From NCBI GenBank assembly GCA_051362555.1, contig CM120640.1, positions 64,520,788 to 64,584,787 of the forward strand: 64,000 nucleotides of DNA. The letters are read 5' to 3'. Below, piece after piece: positions 32,876 through 46,200 of the stretch (within the stretch, counting starts at the first letter, position 1; the number at the start of each line of letters is the position of its first letter). This DNA comes from Lingula anatina (taxonomy: Eukaryota > Animalia > Brachiopoda). The notes under the pieces are model-generated. The model was not told where the DNA came from. It did no database searches and worked only from the letters and a program-made list of their open reading frames with translations. A program made the position numbers and the translations under genes.

Positions 32876-35800
32876 ATATTAGTAAAAATGCTGGTTGTAC
32901 TGTTGTTTTTAAGCTCATTCAGTGCTTTTAGAAAGCCATGATTTTTCAACTTAATATTGCAGTGTATGGCTTGGCCTTGTAATATTTGATTTAAGACTAA
33001 ATGAGTTTTCTGAACTTTTGAAATTTTAGAATCCCGAGGATGATCACTTAGCCAGAATGTCAGGATTGTAATGATTTGCATTTAAGAAACATATGACATC
33101 TAGGATTAATGCTTGCACTTTCAGTTGCCACTTTGGGTGTGTCCTGAATGCAGAAAGACTGTAGAAGAGGAAGAAAAGAAAGCTGGCATAGATACCTCAT
33201 TCTTGGTAAGAGAATACTCCAATACTGTTTGACCTTTAAGATATCTCTTGATCATATAAAAATACTATTACATTTAGCATTTACTTAGTAGTATGAGGAT
33301 CATGACTGATCCAGGGGAGTTTTCACGAAGTTGTTGATAACAAAGATTTTTGTTACAATACAATGGCTAAATTTACGATGCTTTAGAAACGGGTCATTGC
33401 ATGCGTACTGAACAAAGTAAAGCTTATGCAAACTTGTATTTCTTGAAATCACACTAGATCTTCAGTGATCGGGACTGTATTGTATTGTATTGTATTGTAA
33501 AGATTGTATTGTATGGTGTTGATTATATTCTGTTGTATTCTTTTGTATTGCACTGTTTGTTAATGTATGATTACTAGTACATAATTTTCATTGAAGGAGC
33601 AAGAGCTGCGCATGGATGCGAATCAGCCCTTCACTCTCACAGACAGTATGTTAACTCCTGCGTCTGAGCCCACCACACCCAATGGAACCCTCTGTACTTG
33701 TGAGGCTTGCACTGAAAGAAGGTACATCACTTTCTTTGAACCAGTGAGGTTTGTGCCACTCTCAACCTCATTCTTTTTTTTAAGTGTGTGTGCTAGTGCA
33801 ATTTAGGATTGCCAACATCACAAAATTCAAAGAGTAGATCTCTTGTTTACCACTGTACTAAGAAAGAAGTAACACACTAATATGAATGGAAAAATTAATC
33901 TCAAATAATAAAATGTTGGCGAACCATTTAATAGATAGAATGTTTTGCCAGTGTGTTGTCTAAATACATATCACCTAAATATTTTTCCACGTTGCGAATC
34001 AAACTGAAAAAATACAATAACAGTCTGAGAAGACTTTTCAGTTACAGATTTGAAGATAAGGTAGATTTATTAAAAAGAACACTTTTAGCTAAAAGCTTAA
34101 AGAATATACAGCTCCTTCCTGACCGATGCCAATATTAAAATTGGAAATTTTCAGGGAAATTGAAAATGAGCACCACAAGGAGACTCAGGAGTTGCAGCAG
34201 TGTTGGATGGAGGTGCGGCATGTTGTACGCTGTGTGTACAGACAGGCCGGCACAGGGTTGGAGGAGAATGAGAATGAGGGGGAGACTGAAGCTTTACCAG
34301 ACTTGAATAAAATGAAAGATCTGGTACACAGGTAATTTGAGTTACAACCATTTTAGCACTATGCAGATGATTATATGGTTCAGCAGTCTACAGTCAGGTG
34401 TGACAATAATTACTCACTTGCAAACCAAGAGCTGGTGCTTTTCCAGCTAGAAAGTGTGTGAAATTAGCATTTTAGCAAAACATCAGTTCTTTATTATTTG
34501 TAGTGAATTTATCTATATGTAAGATTTTATATAGAATTGCTATTTCAATTGTAGGCTTTGCCTGAGGGACCCCCACCAGCTTTTCCAGCGGTTAGAGTCC
34601 CAGGCAAGAGAATATGTCATAGAGATGAAGGTGCGACTTCTCAAACAGCTCAACCAGGGCCAGAAGACGCCTGCACAAGCCAAACAATTTGTTTCCATGC
34701 TGCTGGAGGAATACAGCAATCTCTGTAAAGCTGCAAAAACCATTTCATCTTTCATGACAGAGTTGGTGAGTAACCTGAAAGAGTATTAAGGAAATGAATT
34801 AACAGAAAGAAAACACTGCTTTATGTCTTTGTCTTTCAACTTAAAAATTGTGACCATTTGATTAAGAGTTTATTTAAGTGATTGGATATCGAACATTTTT
34901 GAAGTCTAACCAATGTTGTTGAAATTGCTTTTTCAGGAGACGGAGCATCTTAAAAAATTCAATTTGACATGGGAGCTACACAACAAGCACCTTCTTCACA
35001 GTATCATATACTCTGATCCTTTAGTTCAGAACAATCTGCCCATGCTGCTCACACAGCTCAGGTAAGATTCTAATCCAGGACAGTTATATCATCACATATT
35101 TTTGGATCCTTTGTACCTGGCATGAGGCCATTGAGCTTGTATGGTGTCATTCATAGTTTCTAGCAACCAGTTACAAGGGTGTTTATTTCTACTGTTTGAT
35201 TTAGGTGAACAAAAATTGATTTAAATAATGCTGATGATTTTCAGCCATATAGTGAATTTCTCCAGTTATTTGTCTGTATTTTCTGCAGGCTGGGAGCAGC
35301 ATCTAAGGAGTCATATCATGAGGATACCTATCCAAATCTGCTGCACAGTTATCTCAAGTTTGACAATGAACTCTCAGTGGTGTCTGTAGTGTGGAGGGAT
35401 TGCCAGCATCTCATGGAGGAATACAATGAAGAACAGGTGAGTAATGAGTTTTGACACTGGGAAGTTTTTGCTCCTTCATTTTCAGTAGTATGTTGTCCGT
35501 AAAAAGACTTTCACTGACCTGACCATTAAATTAGTGTTTAATTTTCTGTACGCATGTACTAAGAGATAAACAAAAAATTTATTTTTTTAAATTATGCTTA
35601 TTTATCTGCAAGTTCATGGAGATGCCACACACCTTTTTTTAACAAAATATGATTTCATTTAAATGTGGTTTGTTAATATTTGTCACTTGTTTTCGTGTCA
35701 AGTTTGAAACATGTTGACTAATTGAACAGCAACACTGTTTTATAATTGTATATTATTGTTTTCTTAGTCTGCCCTGAAAGCCAAACAGAAGATGCTTAAG

Positions 35801-38800
35801 GAAGATTGGGAATTTTTCAAAGCACAAAGAAAACTATTGGAGCAACAAGTTCTTAAAAATAATACCAGCAAAACTCAACAGCACAAGTAAGTAATACAGA
35901 TTGGATATTGTGTGTTAAATGCCACAGTATTGTAAAATGAGGGAATGCATTTAACTACATTGGAATAAAAAAAAGAGTTGTTCTAATTCATAGTAAACTC
36001 TATCATGGTTGTTTGTTAAGTTAAAATACCTGAAGGACAAGAGTATTATTTTTTTATTCCTTCTTAGCCTTGAGGTCCAGTTCACAGAGACCATGAAGAC
36101 ACTGTTAGCTGGCCCAAAACCTCAGGCGACAGAGATGCATGTGGAATGTCCCAACTGTCACAGGAAAAGGTGTGTGTATTTGTGAAATACCTTGGGTCAC
36201 AAGAGGTTGTTGCCTCATTTGACTGGCCTAAAGATTGGAAAGAAATTTCTTTAAATATTCAGTAGGTACAAAAGCAAACAAAAGCCTCCATTTCTATCCC
36301 AAGTTATAAAAGAAGGCAGAGTAATGAGGAAAATTAGAATCAGATTTTCAGTGTCAGACAGTTTTTGTTGTCTCAGGCACATGGGTTCACAATGAATTCT
36401 GTTTATTGTTTAAAGTACAAAAAGAGCTTTTAAGTCTTTGTTATATTGTCATTTGCATAGTATTTGTTTCAGACATACACTCAATTTTTTAAAGCCAGTT
36501 AAACATTTAAACCAAAATTCCATCGTCTAACCTGTTTAACTGGCAAAGAAAAAAGTAATTTCCTCTCACCAAGTGAAGTAATATTTGGTTTTTTTGTGAA
36601 ACTTTTTTAACAACTCATATGTTTCATTTCAGGTGTTCTTGTGATGAATGCACTATTTCCCATATGATAACTTGTGGTATTATCAGCCCAGAGGTCAGTG
36701 ATGGGATGAACACTCACTTACCTCTTCCCCTGCCGCACTACGACCCCTCACGCTATGTCATTGATGTGGACCCCCCATCAGTGTCCAGCACCACTTCTAG
36801 TAGTGGCTCTTCTAGTCCTATTATTGTGGACCCAGAGAGGCTTACACTGCCCTTTGATGAAAATCAGGACAACTCTGAGTAAGTTTATTTTGGAAATGAG
36901 TATAGAGTTTAATACTCAGTCTGTTGGATGCCCTGTTTAGTTCAGCTGCTCAAAATCCATACGTTGGTTCTTAAATGTTCGTTATCTTCCTTATATCTTA
37001 GTCTTCAGCACAAATTTTGTGAGAAAAGACTTGTGAAGGTTTTTGATTTATGCCTTTTGGAACATACAGTGCCTGGGACGTGAATGATAACTTTCTGTTT
37101 CAGTTTTGTTTTCAAAGTGCCAAAATTAAAAAAAAAAATTATTTATTTATTATTTATATTTTTTGTTTGTAATCATCGAACTATGACACTTGTTTTGCAG
37201 CAATGAAGAATATGTAGAAGCATCAGAAACCCAGGACACAGGTGGGCAGGATTCAAAGGGTGAAGAGGGTGATGATGAGGCTGAAGACGACGATGATGAG
37301 GGTGAGGATGACGACGATGATGATGAGGACAATGAGGAAGATGAAGATGAGGAGGAAGAAGGACAAGAGAAGGGAGAAATGGAAAATGTTAGTGGAGTGA
37401 AGACTGCAGATGTTGTGGGTGAAAGCCCAGACCAGTGGTCTAACCCAGTGCCAAAGTCTGGTGATGGTGTAGCCCAGTGTTCCTGTCCTCAGTGTTTGCA
37501 AGCTCAGGCCATTGCTCAGAGGGCTAGGGCTCAAGCTCAGCTGGAGCAGGTAAATACTTCAGTCATTTTGATTCAATTATACATAATTTGGTGTTTCCCC
37601 AAAGCATGTTTATATGCTTTTAAATGGGTTTTTACTACTTGTTGATTTAGCAGCCATTTAAATTGTCTTAAACTGAGTTATGTCTATGCTCTTGTTTGTA
37701 AGTTCATTATCATTATAGGTTAAGCATTGTGACATAATCATTTGTTTTTCTGTTTTCAGAAGAAGCTGGAGGAGAACCAGTGCCAGTGTCATGCATGTCT
37801 TCAGCAGCTTGGGAAGACCATACCAACATCGCTCCCTCAACCACCGGTGTCCATGACAAACACACCCGCATCCTTCAACCTGTACCCTCACATCCATGGG
37901 TCTAACAGTTTACAGGGGCTGGCCGGACCACAGGCTGTGAGACCTTTTCTCCATCCTCAGCTATATGATCTGCACACTCCTCTACAACACTTCCCCAAAC
38001 CCATCATCCAACCTCAAAAGAAACAGCCTCTCAATTTGAACTTAGACCTGGATTCCCAAGAAGCCCTTCATGAGCACATTTATAATGCGTATTCTGAATG
38101 GGATAATGTTTATGACCATACAAACTTTATGTTTCCTCATGCTAAGTTTGGAAGCAGCCTTGGGTCAGAGTTGCTGAATGGACCCCCTCCTCCATTGCTC
38201 AATGCAAATACGTTTCTTGGAGGAGATCAGCGGCCTCCTTTCTCCATAGACCAGAATGTTTTTTCAAGCCCATCAAAAGCATCGGCTCCTCACAGCACAG
38301 TTGGAAACAGCAAAACCTCACTGGCTGCTCCTATGCCCACTCTAGCTGACCATGTTGCACAGAAAGAGAACTGTTTTAAGAACCTGAAACCAATAAACAG
38401 GACGACGTTTAACCAACCTGTGAGTAAAGCACCACAGCATCCAAATTTGGCATCCCCTGCTGGTATGAGTTTTGGTGGGAAAGTGGATCCTGGATATCTG
38501 GACCACTGTCTGAAACATAGTCCAACCAGTAATCCTTTCTCTGTCAGTCATTTTCCTCTGTCAAATACCACCAATACATTCACGTCAGTACCAGCGTCCT
38601 CGGCCTCTGCCCACCAACTCTCCCTGGAGTCTATGAAGCTGCCAGTGCTACCTCCAGGGACAGCTGAAGAGTTGGTCAGTCAAGCATTTGGTGCTGGGCT
38701 GAATCTCAATCTCCCTCACCCGTGCAATCATCTCCACAACAACAACAACACCGGGCAAGGCCTGTCCAAGCCACCTCCTCCCACAGCAGGTATGGATTCC

Positions 38801-41230
38801 AGCGGAATGTATGGCGGCCCACTGGGTAACTCAGCTGCTATGAATAATGTAAGTGTGGGGACATCAACAGGCTGTGCCGATCCTGAATGTGATGGTCACC
38901 ATGATGACACGTATGATGAGGATAGTTGTTCAGAACAGAGCTCTTCCACTTCCACATCCAACCAGAAGGATGGCAAATACTGTGACTGCTGTTACTGTGA
39001 ATTCTTTGGGCATGGCAATGTAAGTGTTAAAACTTCATTAAGTTTAGACAGTTTTGTGAATTTATTTTATCTTCACTTACATGTAAATATCTCTTGGAGG
39101 GTTATTTGTCAATGCAATATGCCATTATATTCTGAATTAAAAACACTAAAAGGAAAAGGTAAGTCTTGCACTGTTGTAAAAGGCATGTTTTCACAAATGT
39201 GACTTCTTTTCTTCAGCCTCCCAATGCACCAACAAGCAAAAATTTCCTCGAGATGAGAGATCGGTTGCGACTAAAATTGAAACGTAAGAACGAGTACCAC
39301 CCTGATCGTGAAGAGCGCGAAGAGTGTCAACACCAGGAGATCCAGCTTCTCCAACAGCAGCCTCACAAGCAGGAGCCAGCTCAGCCACAGCCCCATGAGG
39401 ATCCTGTCACACGCATGGGCCTTGAGGAATTGGTCAACTTCATCAATGGTGGAGATTCCAATGGAGAGAAACAACTTAGTGCCAAAGCTGCAAAGAGAGC
39501 CAGGCAGAAACAGAAAAAGGTCAGGGATTCAAAAGAGAATGTGACTTAAAGTTCCTTTGTTATCATGATTGTCAAACTGTTTTTGCTGAAACATACTAGC
39601 AGGTATTGCATGGTTCACATTCAGGTGAAGTTCTGAAAGGGGGGTTAGCCAGCTTAAAAAGTTGATATTTTTATGCAATAACTTAGTGCAGGTGTTTTTA
39701 GTAAGGGAGTAGAAGTCAAGTTTGATATTGAACTGAGCAAGTTGCTTTTAATTACAGGCAGAAGAAAGGGCCCGAAAGTTGGCAGAGCAGCAAGAGAGAG
39801 AGAAAGAGCAGAAGAGAAAGGAGGAATTGGAGAAACAGCAACAGCAGCAGCAACGCCAGCTTCGGCTGCAACAACAACAACAACAGCAGCAGCAGCAGAA
39901 TGTCAGGAAAAAGAAAAACAAGCTCAAAGACACTAGCAACCAACAGCAAGATACATCATCCTCTGCAGAGCAGAAAGCTGGTAGCCAAATCACCCCTGCG
40001 GAACCAACCACTACAGAAAAGCCAGAAGTGCCAAAGCTCAGCAAACAAAACAACAAGGACAAGCAAAGCAAGGTGCAACAAGGGAAAAGTAAAGTGACAA
40101 CCACAAATGAAATCAATACTATTGGCACTGGTGGGGAAGCCTTACCACAAGGGAAAGCGAGGAAAAACAAGTCCAAACCAGGCCAACAGGAAAGTAAAGG
40201 TAATCAGAGTTCAGATACCACAGTGGCTAAAATTGCCAATGGTCAGATAATTCAAGAGCAACAGCAGCAAAGGCCAGCTAAACAACAGCATGGTGGGAAA
40301 CAACAGCAGGTACAACAACAACAGCATGGCAAGTTACAGCAACAGCCCCAGGAAACTAACAACAAGACACCACAATCCATGGTCTGCAATCAGAAGCTTC
40401 AACAGCAGCAGCAGCAGCAAAAACAACTGAGTAAAAATCAACAGCAACAACAGTTGGATTTCAATCATCAGCAGAAACAGGTGCCCCAGGCTACTCAGAG
40501 TCCAAGGATTCAGCAGAAGTCCAAACAAGGGGTGAATGACAAAGGTCAGCTGATGAATGGGAAAGTGTCCCCAACCAGCGGACAGGAGGAAACCTCACCC
40601 AGCAACAACCAGACTAAAAGCAAGAGCAAGAAAAAGAAGAAGTCTGCAGCTGCTGCAGCAACTATTGGTGAGTGACCTTGAAATGTCTTAGCAAGAACAT
40701 CAAGAGTCAAACTCTCAGACCTTGCAACAAAGTATATTGTTTTAGAATTTTATTGCATTGAACTTATGACATAAAAATTAGAACATACACTTCTTGTAGT
40801 CCAGAGCCATTTTCTCAGCTTTTCCCCCATTTTACTTCAGATGAAATTTTCATGCCCAAGCAAGATTTGGACTTGGATAATGGAGATATGGATGAATATG
40901 AAAAAGAGTTGGAGGAGTTTAAGAGGTAGGTTGTAGAACTTGAACTGTGCCCTTCAGTCTAAATCCTGTATTCAGCACATTTGAACAAGAAAAGATAATA
41001 ATAGTAACTGTTCAGCATGGAATTCTTTAGAGTCAAGATGTGTAGGATGATCATATTGATTTTTATTTTTTCCTTTTCTGTGCACATAGAAATTTACACA
41101 TGTATTCTACTCTGTCAGGTTCTGCTTGGATTCTAAACCCGCCGAGACTCGTGCCAAACTTCAGGTAAATGTCAACTTCAAGGATCTCCTGAACAAGGGC
41201 AAGAAGAGTTCTTCCATTTCTTGCAGCTAA
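25979..41230 (+). CDS. FAM193A: Protein FAM193A-like
   Basis: 18 exons: 25979-26095, 31783-31954, 32438-32478, 33125-33205, 33597-33721, 34155-34331, 34555-34765, 34937-35061, 35289-35436, 35768-35886, 36068-36169, 36633-36878, 37201-37549, 37760-39019, 39217-39519, 39758-40667, 40841-40925, 41119-41230 (4683 nt, phases consistent). FAM193A motifs: CLLCRCER, LPLWVCPECRKTVE, CTCEACTERRE, WMEVRHVVRCVYRQAGT, QAREYVIEMKVRLL, TWELHNKHL, DEDSCSEQSSSTSTSNQKDGKYCDCCYCEFFGHG, AAKRARQKQKK, and C-terminal DEIFMPK..ELEEFKRFCLDS. Confidence 0.95.
27606..29744 (-). mobile_element. Probable Kolobok-like DNA transposon remnant in FAM193A intron 1
   Basis: TTAA on both flanks (27602-27605 and 29745-29748); GG..CC termini with weak TIR (GGGGACTCATAG vs GGTGGGTAATAG, 8/12); CpG-rich interior unlike the host intron. 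Minus-strand frame at about 29447-29136 reads ..TGYRLWHSGQLLESAFKSGVFRVCGGDDVLVE.., reminiscent of the N-terminus of Kolobok/Mutator-like transposases. Boundaries and class are inference. Confidence 0.45.
30617..30655 (+). CDS. Candidate alternative first coding exon of FAM193A (MPRIYVPALFDFK)
   Basis: TATATAAA at 30485-30492, ATG at 30617, 13 open codons and a phase-0 donor AAG|gtaatt compatible with the exon at 31783. Confidence 0.35.
32790..32871. repeat. (TA)n microsatellite
   Basis: About 80 nt perfect dinucleotide run. Confidence 0.95.
33313..33456. mobile_element. Short degenerate Harbinger-like MITE
   Basis: GGGGAGTTTTCACGAA versus right-end reverse complement GTGTGATTTCAAGAA. Confidence 0.35.
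33476..33557. repeat. (TGTAT)n pentanucleotide microsatellite, decaying
   Basis: TGTATTGTATTGTATTGTAT.. seen directly. Confidence 0.8.
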
Positions 41231-43271
41231 ACATGCATGAACTGTACAATGGATTTGTTGTCTTGCATTATTTCATTGTTTTATCACTAATTCTTAAAGA
41301 AAGCAGAATTAGTGCATGGAATTGATCTTAAGTTGGACCGGTGTTTGAAAAATTTACTTTCACCTTCAAATGTCCTGATTGAATCTGAATAGTTATTATA
41401 TGAACTATGAATGAACCTTAAAAGGCTATCCAGGACATGTGACAAAAACAGAGTAATAGTCCAACTATCAGTAGTTAAGAAGGGAGATACTTGTATCTTA
41501 GACATTAAAGGTATTTTCAGTAGTTCACAAATTGATTATGACCATAAAATGTGGATGATAATTTAACAGTATGGGTTATGCCTTTTATACTTCTCGTTGT
41601 TGATGTGTATGCCAAGCACAAAAACTGCAAGCTCTGGCAATTTACTCGCTGTTACTGTGATCAAATTAAGTGGAATGGATTGTTAAGTTGCTTGTTATTA
41701 TTATCTATTTAAGTTTCCCTTAAAAGACAAGTGTATTAATTGACAACATGATGTATTGAATTATGCAGAAATGATGTACTATGCTGCCTAAGTCTATGTG
41801 CAAGCATGTGAAGCTTTGAGGTGTATGATGATACTGCTACTATCACAAGGGTAGTTTTATGTCCTAAGTTAGTTCCTGACTGGTCAAGAAGTACTGACCC
41901 TGGATACAGATGGTGGTCACATTCTATGCAATATTGGGATGCATGTGCCAGATGTATTTTAGGTCCATTATAGGTCCACACTGCACTGGTAAGGCAAGTT
42001 ACCTAAGGGTCTAAGGCATAGGTCAGCATGAGACCTTTAAGAGCCAATTCGCATAGGTTACTTTAAGTGGGTTGGTTGCTTATGATTGAGAGACTGGTTT
42101 TTGACAAGTACAAAGCACAGCATGGTGTCTTAATACTAGCTGGTTTCGATCACTGCTCTTGGTATTACTATTTATGTTGAAGTTGAACCTTCCAAACTTG
42201 TGTAATCCCATCATTAAAACTAACTGCAATTAAATAAACCATGTCATAAGCAAAAATTGTATTTCTTCATTAATACCAGCATATGCAGAAATGGGGTCTT
42301 TTTATCCCAATAAGGTAAGACAAACATTTGGGCAAATTTGTCAGGATTGAGAGCAAATGCAGGGCAGCCACACCCCATAAAGTCTGCTGATTTTTTTTTT
42401 TTAACCAAAAGCAAAGTCAGTAGTTTTATTATAAAATTCAATATCTAAATGTCGCTGTCATCCAAGAATGCAACATTTCTCTCAGACATCACTCTCGTAT
42501 GAAGGTAGAATATTTCCTAGGTTGAAATAATTGGCGGCAACTCCTTCAGTCAATATTGTTTGGTGATTATGTCATTAGTCCAGTTTTTTGGACTGTAAAT
42601 TTATAAGATCATAGCCTATGTTATATCATAATAATATTTTTTATAAGTAAGTAACAGACAAAAGACACAAAAGTAAATTTTATACTAAATTTAATAGCAA
42701 TTTGTATTATAATAATAATACCACCAACAAACCATAAGGGTACATTTGGCAAACATTGCGACTCTTCCAAATCGACAGCTTCCTACAGGAGGAGAAAACA
42801 AATACTTTCTTGATTATACTGTCATTTAAAAAAATCACGTCTAGCACAACCAGAATCACAATTGCACCTCTATCACAGTAAAAACTGGAATTTTTTTACA
42901 CAGAAATTTCATATTTGTATCTCACCTAAAAAAGAAAAAAAAACTTACTCTGCAATGGATGGAAGTATGCAGGATAATATCTACATTTGATATACTGAGT
43001 ACTTTTCTCAGAATTCTATCATTTAAGGCATGGGCAAATGTAGGTCATTCTATATCATTTCTGATTTGAGCTTTTTAAGCTTGCCAAAGTCAAAGACCTT
43101 CCACTCTTTATGAAGTAACTCGGCCACTGATGGAAGTCTGTGATGGCTGATATTTTGTTTGCTGATTTGATTTACTGCTGTACTGAAAAAATCCCTGCAG
43201 AGAAATGTTATTGACTTATTATATTATTGCCATGTTTTAGAGGTCATGGAAAAACACTGCACAATCTACAA

Positions 43272-46200
43272 CTAGAATGTTATTCTGGCCCTGGGTCCCT
43301 TTGCAGAGCTTGCATAGAAATCTGCAGTAAATGCCTTAAATCTGTACTCCAATGCTTTCTTCCTCTGGGCAAGTTCCTTCTTCAGTTCCTCAGCCTAAAA
43401 TGAGGTAAAGGTATACTCAATGTTGTTTCTTTTTCCACTTTTGATACACTGAATATTCTAAACTGACAAACCAAAATTATTTTACTGTAAATAGACATCA
43501 TGTCAAAGTTACAATATTTTATGTTCTTCAGCCATAAATCAGTCCAGTAGATACATCAAAGATGTAGTAGCAAAAAAAAAAAATTTAAATTAGGAATCGC
43601 ATTAACACTGTATGCTGTTTCTAGGAAAATTTAGTAACACTTTCCATTTCTGCACAACTCGATTATCACTGCCAAATACATCCAAGTAAAATCATATAAA
43701 CAAATGTACAAATAGTATTTTTTACAATTCTATCCTCCATTCATCAGTACTGATCCTCTTCTTTGATAGTGTGAAAGATTTTCATTAATCTTGATGACAT
43801 ACATAATTCATATAAATTGTATAATTATTCTGATAACAAAGTCACTGCTGATTGTTATGATGACAAGTAACTTGTTTGTGACAACATATACCCACTGCTT
43901 GTGACATCACATCAAATACTTGTATTTTTTGTGATGTCATAAACGGTAAGAAAATAAAAATTACATACATATAAATTGAAATTTCTCAACTTAGAGCATC
44001 ATCCGTGTAGGAACCAATAACGGAATTTGCATTGATGAATTGATTTGATTTTCCTGAGATGGTCTGTATTTATCTTTTATATGTAACATGGTGATGGAAA
44101 AAAGTTGGATTTCATGTGTCATTAGTCTTGTATTTGTGTTTGGAGGTTAAAAAAGGGATGTGTGTGACATCATAATGCATCTTTGTTAAATCATAATACT
44201 CAGACAACTAGACAGTAGGTAAATGGTAACTGATTATTAATTAAAAAGGCATGTCTTTGATCTCTTGCAAAATACTCCCATATTATAGTAAGTTGATGTC
44301 GACGTTATGTTATTAGTTCCCAACATGGTGTTTGTCATGGTCTACTGTTTACTAGTTTTTCATCTAAATTGTTGCCGGAATGTTACAAAAAACACAATAT
44401 GCAGTAAAACCTTTATCCATACCTGTGCTGCAAGTGTATCAACATGGGTGCAGACACGACAAGACAAAACATCACAAACAAAATGTGCAACACATCAAAA
44501 AAAAAAAAAAAAAGAAAATTATTCAACAAGCAGACAAAACATTTACAGCCATGTTGCTGGCAGCTATTACCATTTTTTGATCAGCACTAAGCAGATATGC
44601 CGCATTAATTTGCTATTATAAAAATAATAATTTTATCATGTTAATCATAGTACAATACTGGGGAAGGGAACCTACAAGCTAGGGTGGTTTAACAACAGAC
44701 TGCCTCATCATTCCTCCTCAGGTTGCATTAGTGCATTTTATTCCTGGCTGCTATTAATGATTATGTTCAATGAACTCAATTTATGGGGTTAACTTTACTA
44801 TCAGAACATAATGAGAAGGGCAGGGTAAAAACATTAGTGAGAAGAGGGAGTGTCAGTCTAATTTTGTCCAGTGGTATGACTGGCCAGGACAGTTAATCTG
44901 CAGACTACATGCTGTTAGTGGACATGTTACTACTATAAATCACAAGGTTAGGGTATACAAGCAAATAATGTGGACAACCTGGTGACCAGTGTTTGAGGTC
45001 TTGATAACGTTTCAATAGGTCATTCTGCAAGGCCTTAACCTAAAGTCAAGTGGAATAGAAAAATTGAAGGACACATGTCTATTTAAAAACTCTTTAGAAA
45101 TGATACTATAACTCAAACTGTATAGTGTTTAAATAAATACTAGAAAAGCTACAAGCTGATTCTGATTACTTGAAAAGTAATATAGTATAGTTTTTAAATA
45201 AAGAAATGAAATTTATAACAATATTTTAAAGAATACAGCAATCAAAGACTGTTTACAACTATTCTACAGCAGATAATCTATAGGACAATTACATTGACCA
45301 AATTTATAGAATCTTTAATTTTTGAGGAAGCATAGCACAGCAAAGCAGTCTTTGCACTTGTGAACAGAAATGAATAAATAAATAAGAAAAATGCAGTGAG
45401 ATATATGTAAGAATATGAAAAAGCCACACTGAATAGTGACCGTGTACTTTGCTACAAATATGTATACAATGAGCTATATGATATTATAATATCTGCACTG
45501 TATTGTAGGCACAACTTACAATTGCCAGTTCTTTCCTTGCAGCTTCCATTTCTTCATTTGGTGTACCCTTTGGTTTTTTACGCCTCTCCTGCATCTCAAA
45601 CACGTGTGCTTTAATTTTCTTTTCAAGTTCTCTGTCTCGTTGAATTCTGTGAAAAACATAAACGAGAAAATTATACAAAGGCTAATCAATGAATGCAGTT
45701 CTAATAATCACACCCTGTACTTTCATGATCAGAGACTTCTGTGTCCTTTTGACTGAAGCCATAAGTAAAATAACTAATGAGAATGCAATATGAGCTTTTG
45801 TGTTCCCACCTTTCTTCTTCCAGTTTCTGTCTGGTGTTGGGAGTTATTGCCCTCCTAATTCTTTCATGTTTCTCTCTCACATCATGCTGGAATGAGAGGA
45901 TTTTATATTCACATTTCAGTTTTCTGAAATTCTGTTGGTGCAACTTTTGGGTATTCTTGATATTCATCAAGAAATTCTTACACAGAGAAACACAGAGATT
46001 AAAGATGCATATTAACCAAGTACTCATGTCACGTTATTGTGGTTACACCTGATATACTATCCTCTACCAGGGCCACAGATTGATTTTTCACTGAATATTC
46101 ACAGATGTCTCTGGCTAATTCATAACACAATACTCTAGTACTACTTGCATACAGAAAAGTGCACATAATTTACCAGAGACACATCTGTGAATATCTAGTA

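Noticed and set aside
32719-33081. ORFs with IYIY, HTHT, CVCV or poly-K runs (also 1133, 2765, 58561, 62461)
   Set aside because: Microsatellite or homopolymer translation artefacts.
37150-37534. Minus-strand Ser-rich and hydrophobic ORFs
   Set aside because: Antisense shadows of the GAN-rich acidic exon.
39748-40528. Minus-strand poly-Cys and poly-Leu ORFs
   Set aside because: Antisense shadows of the CAG/CAA poly-Q exon of FAM193A.
41200-41230. C-terminal KKSSSISCS of FAM193A as a prenylation signal
   Set aside because: The Cys is penultimate; it fits neither CaaX nor CC/CxC.
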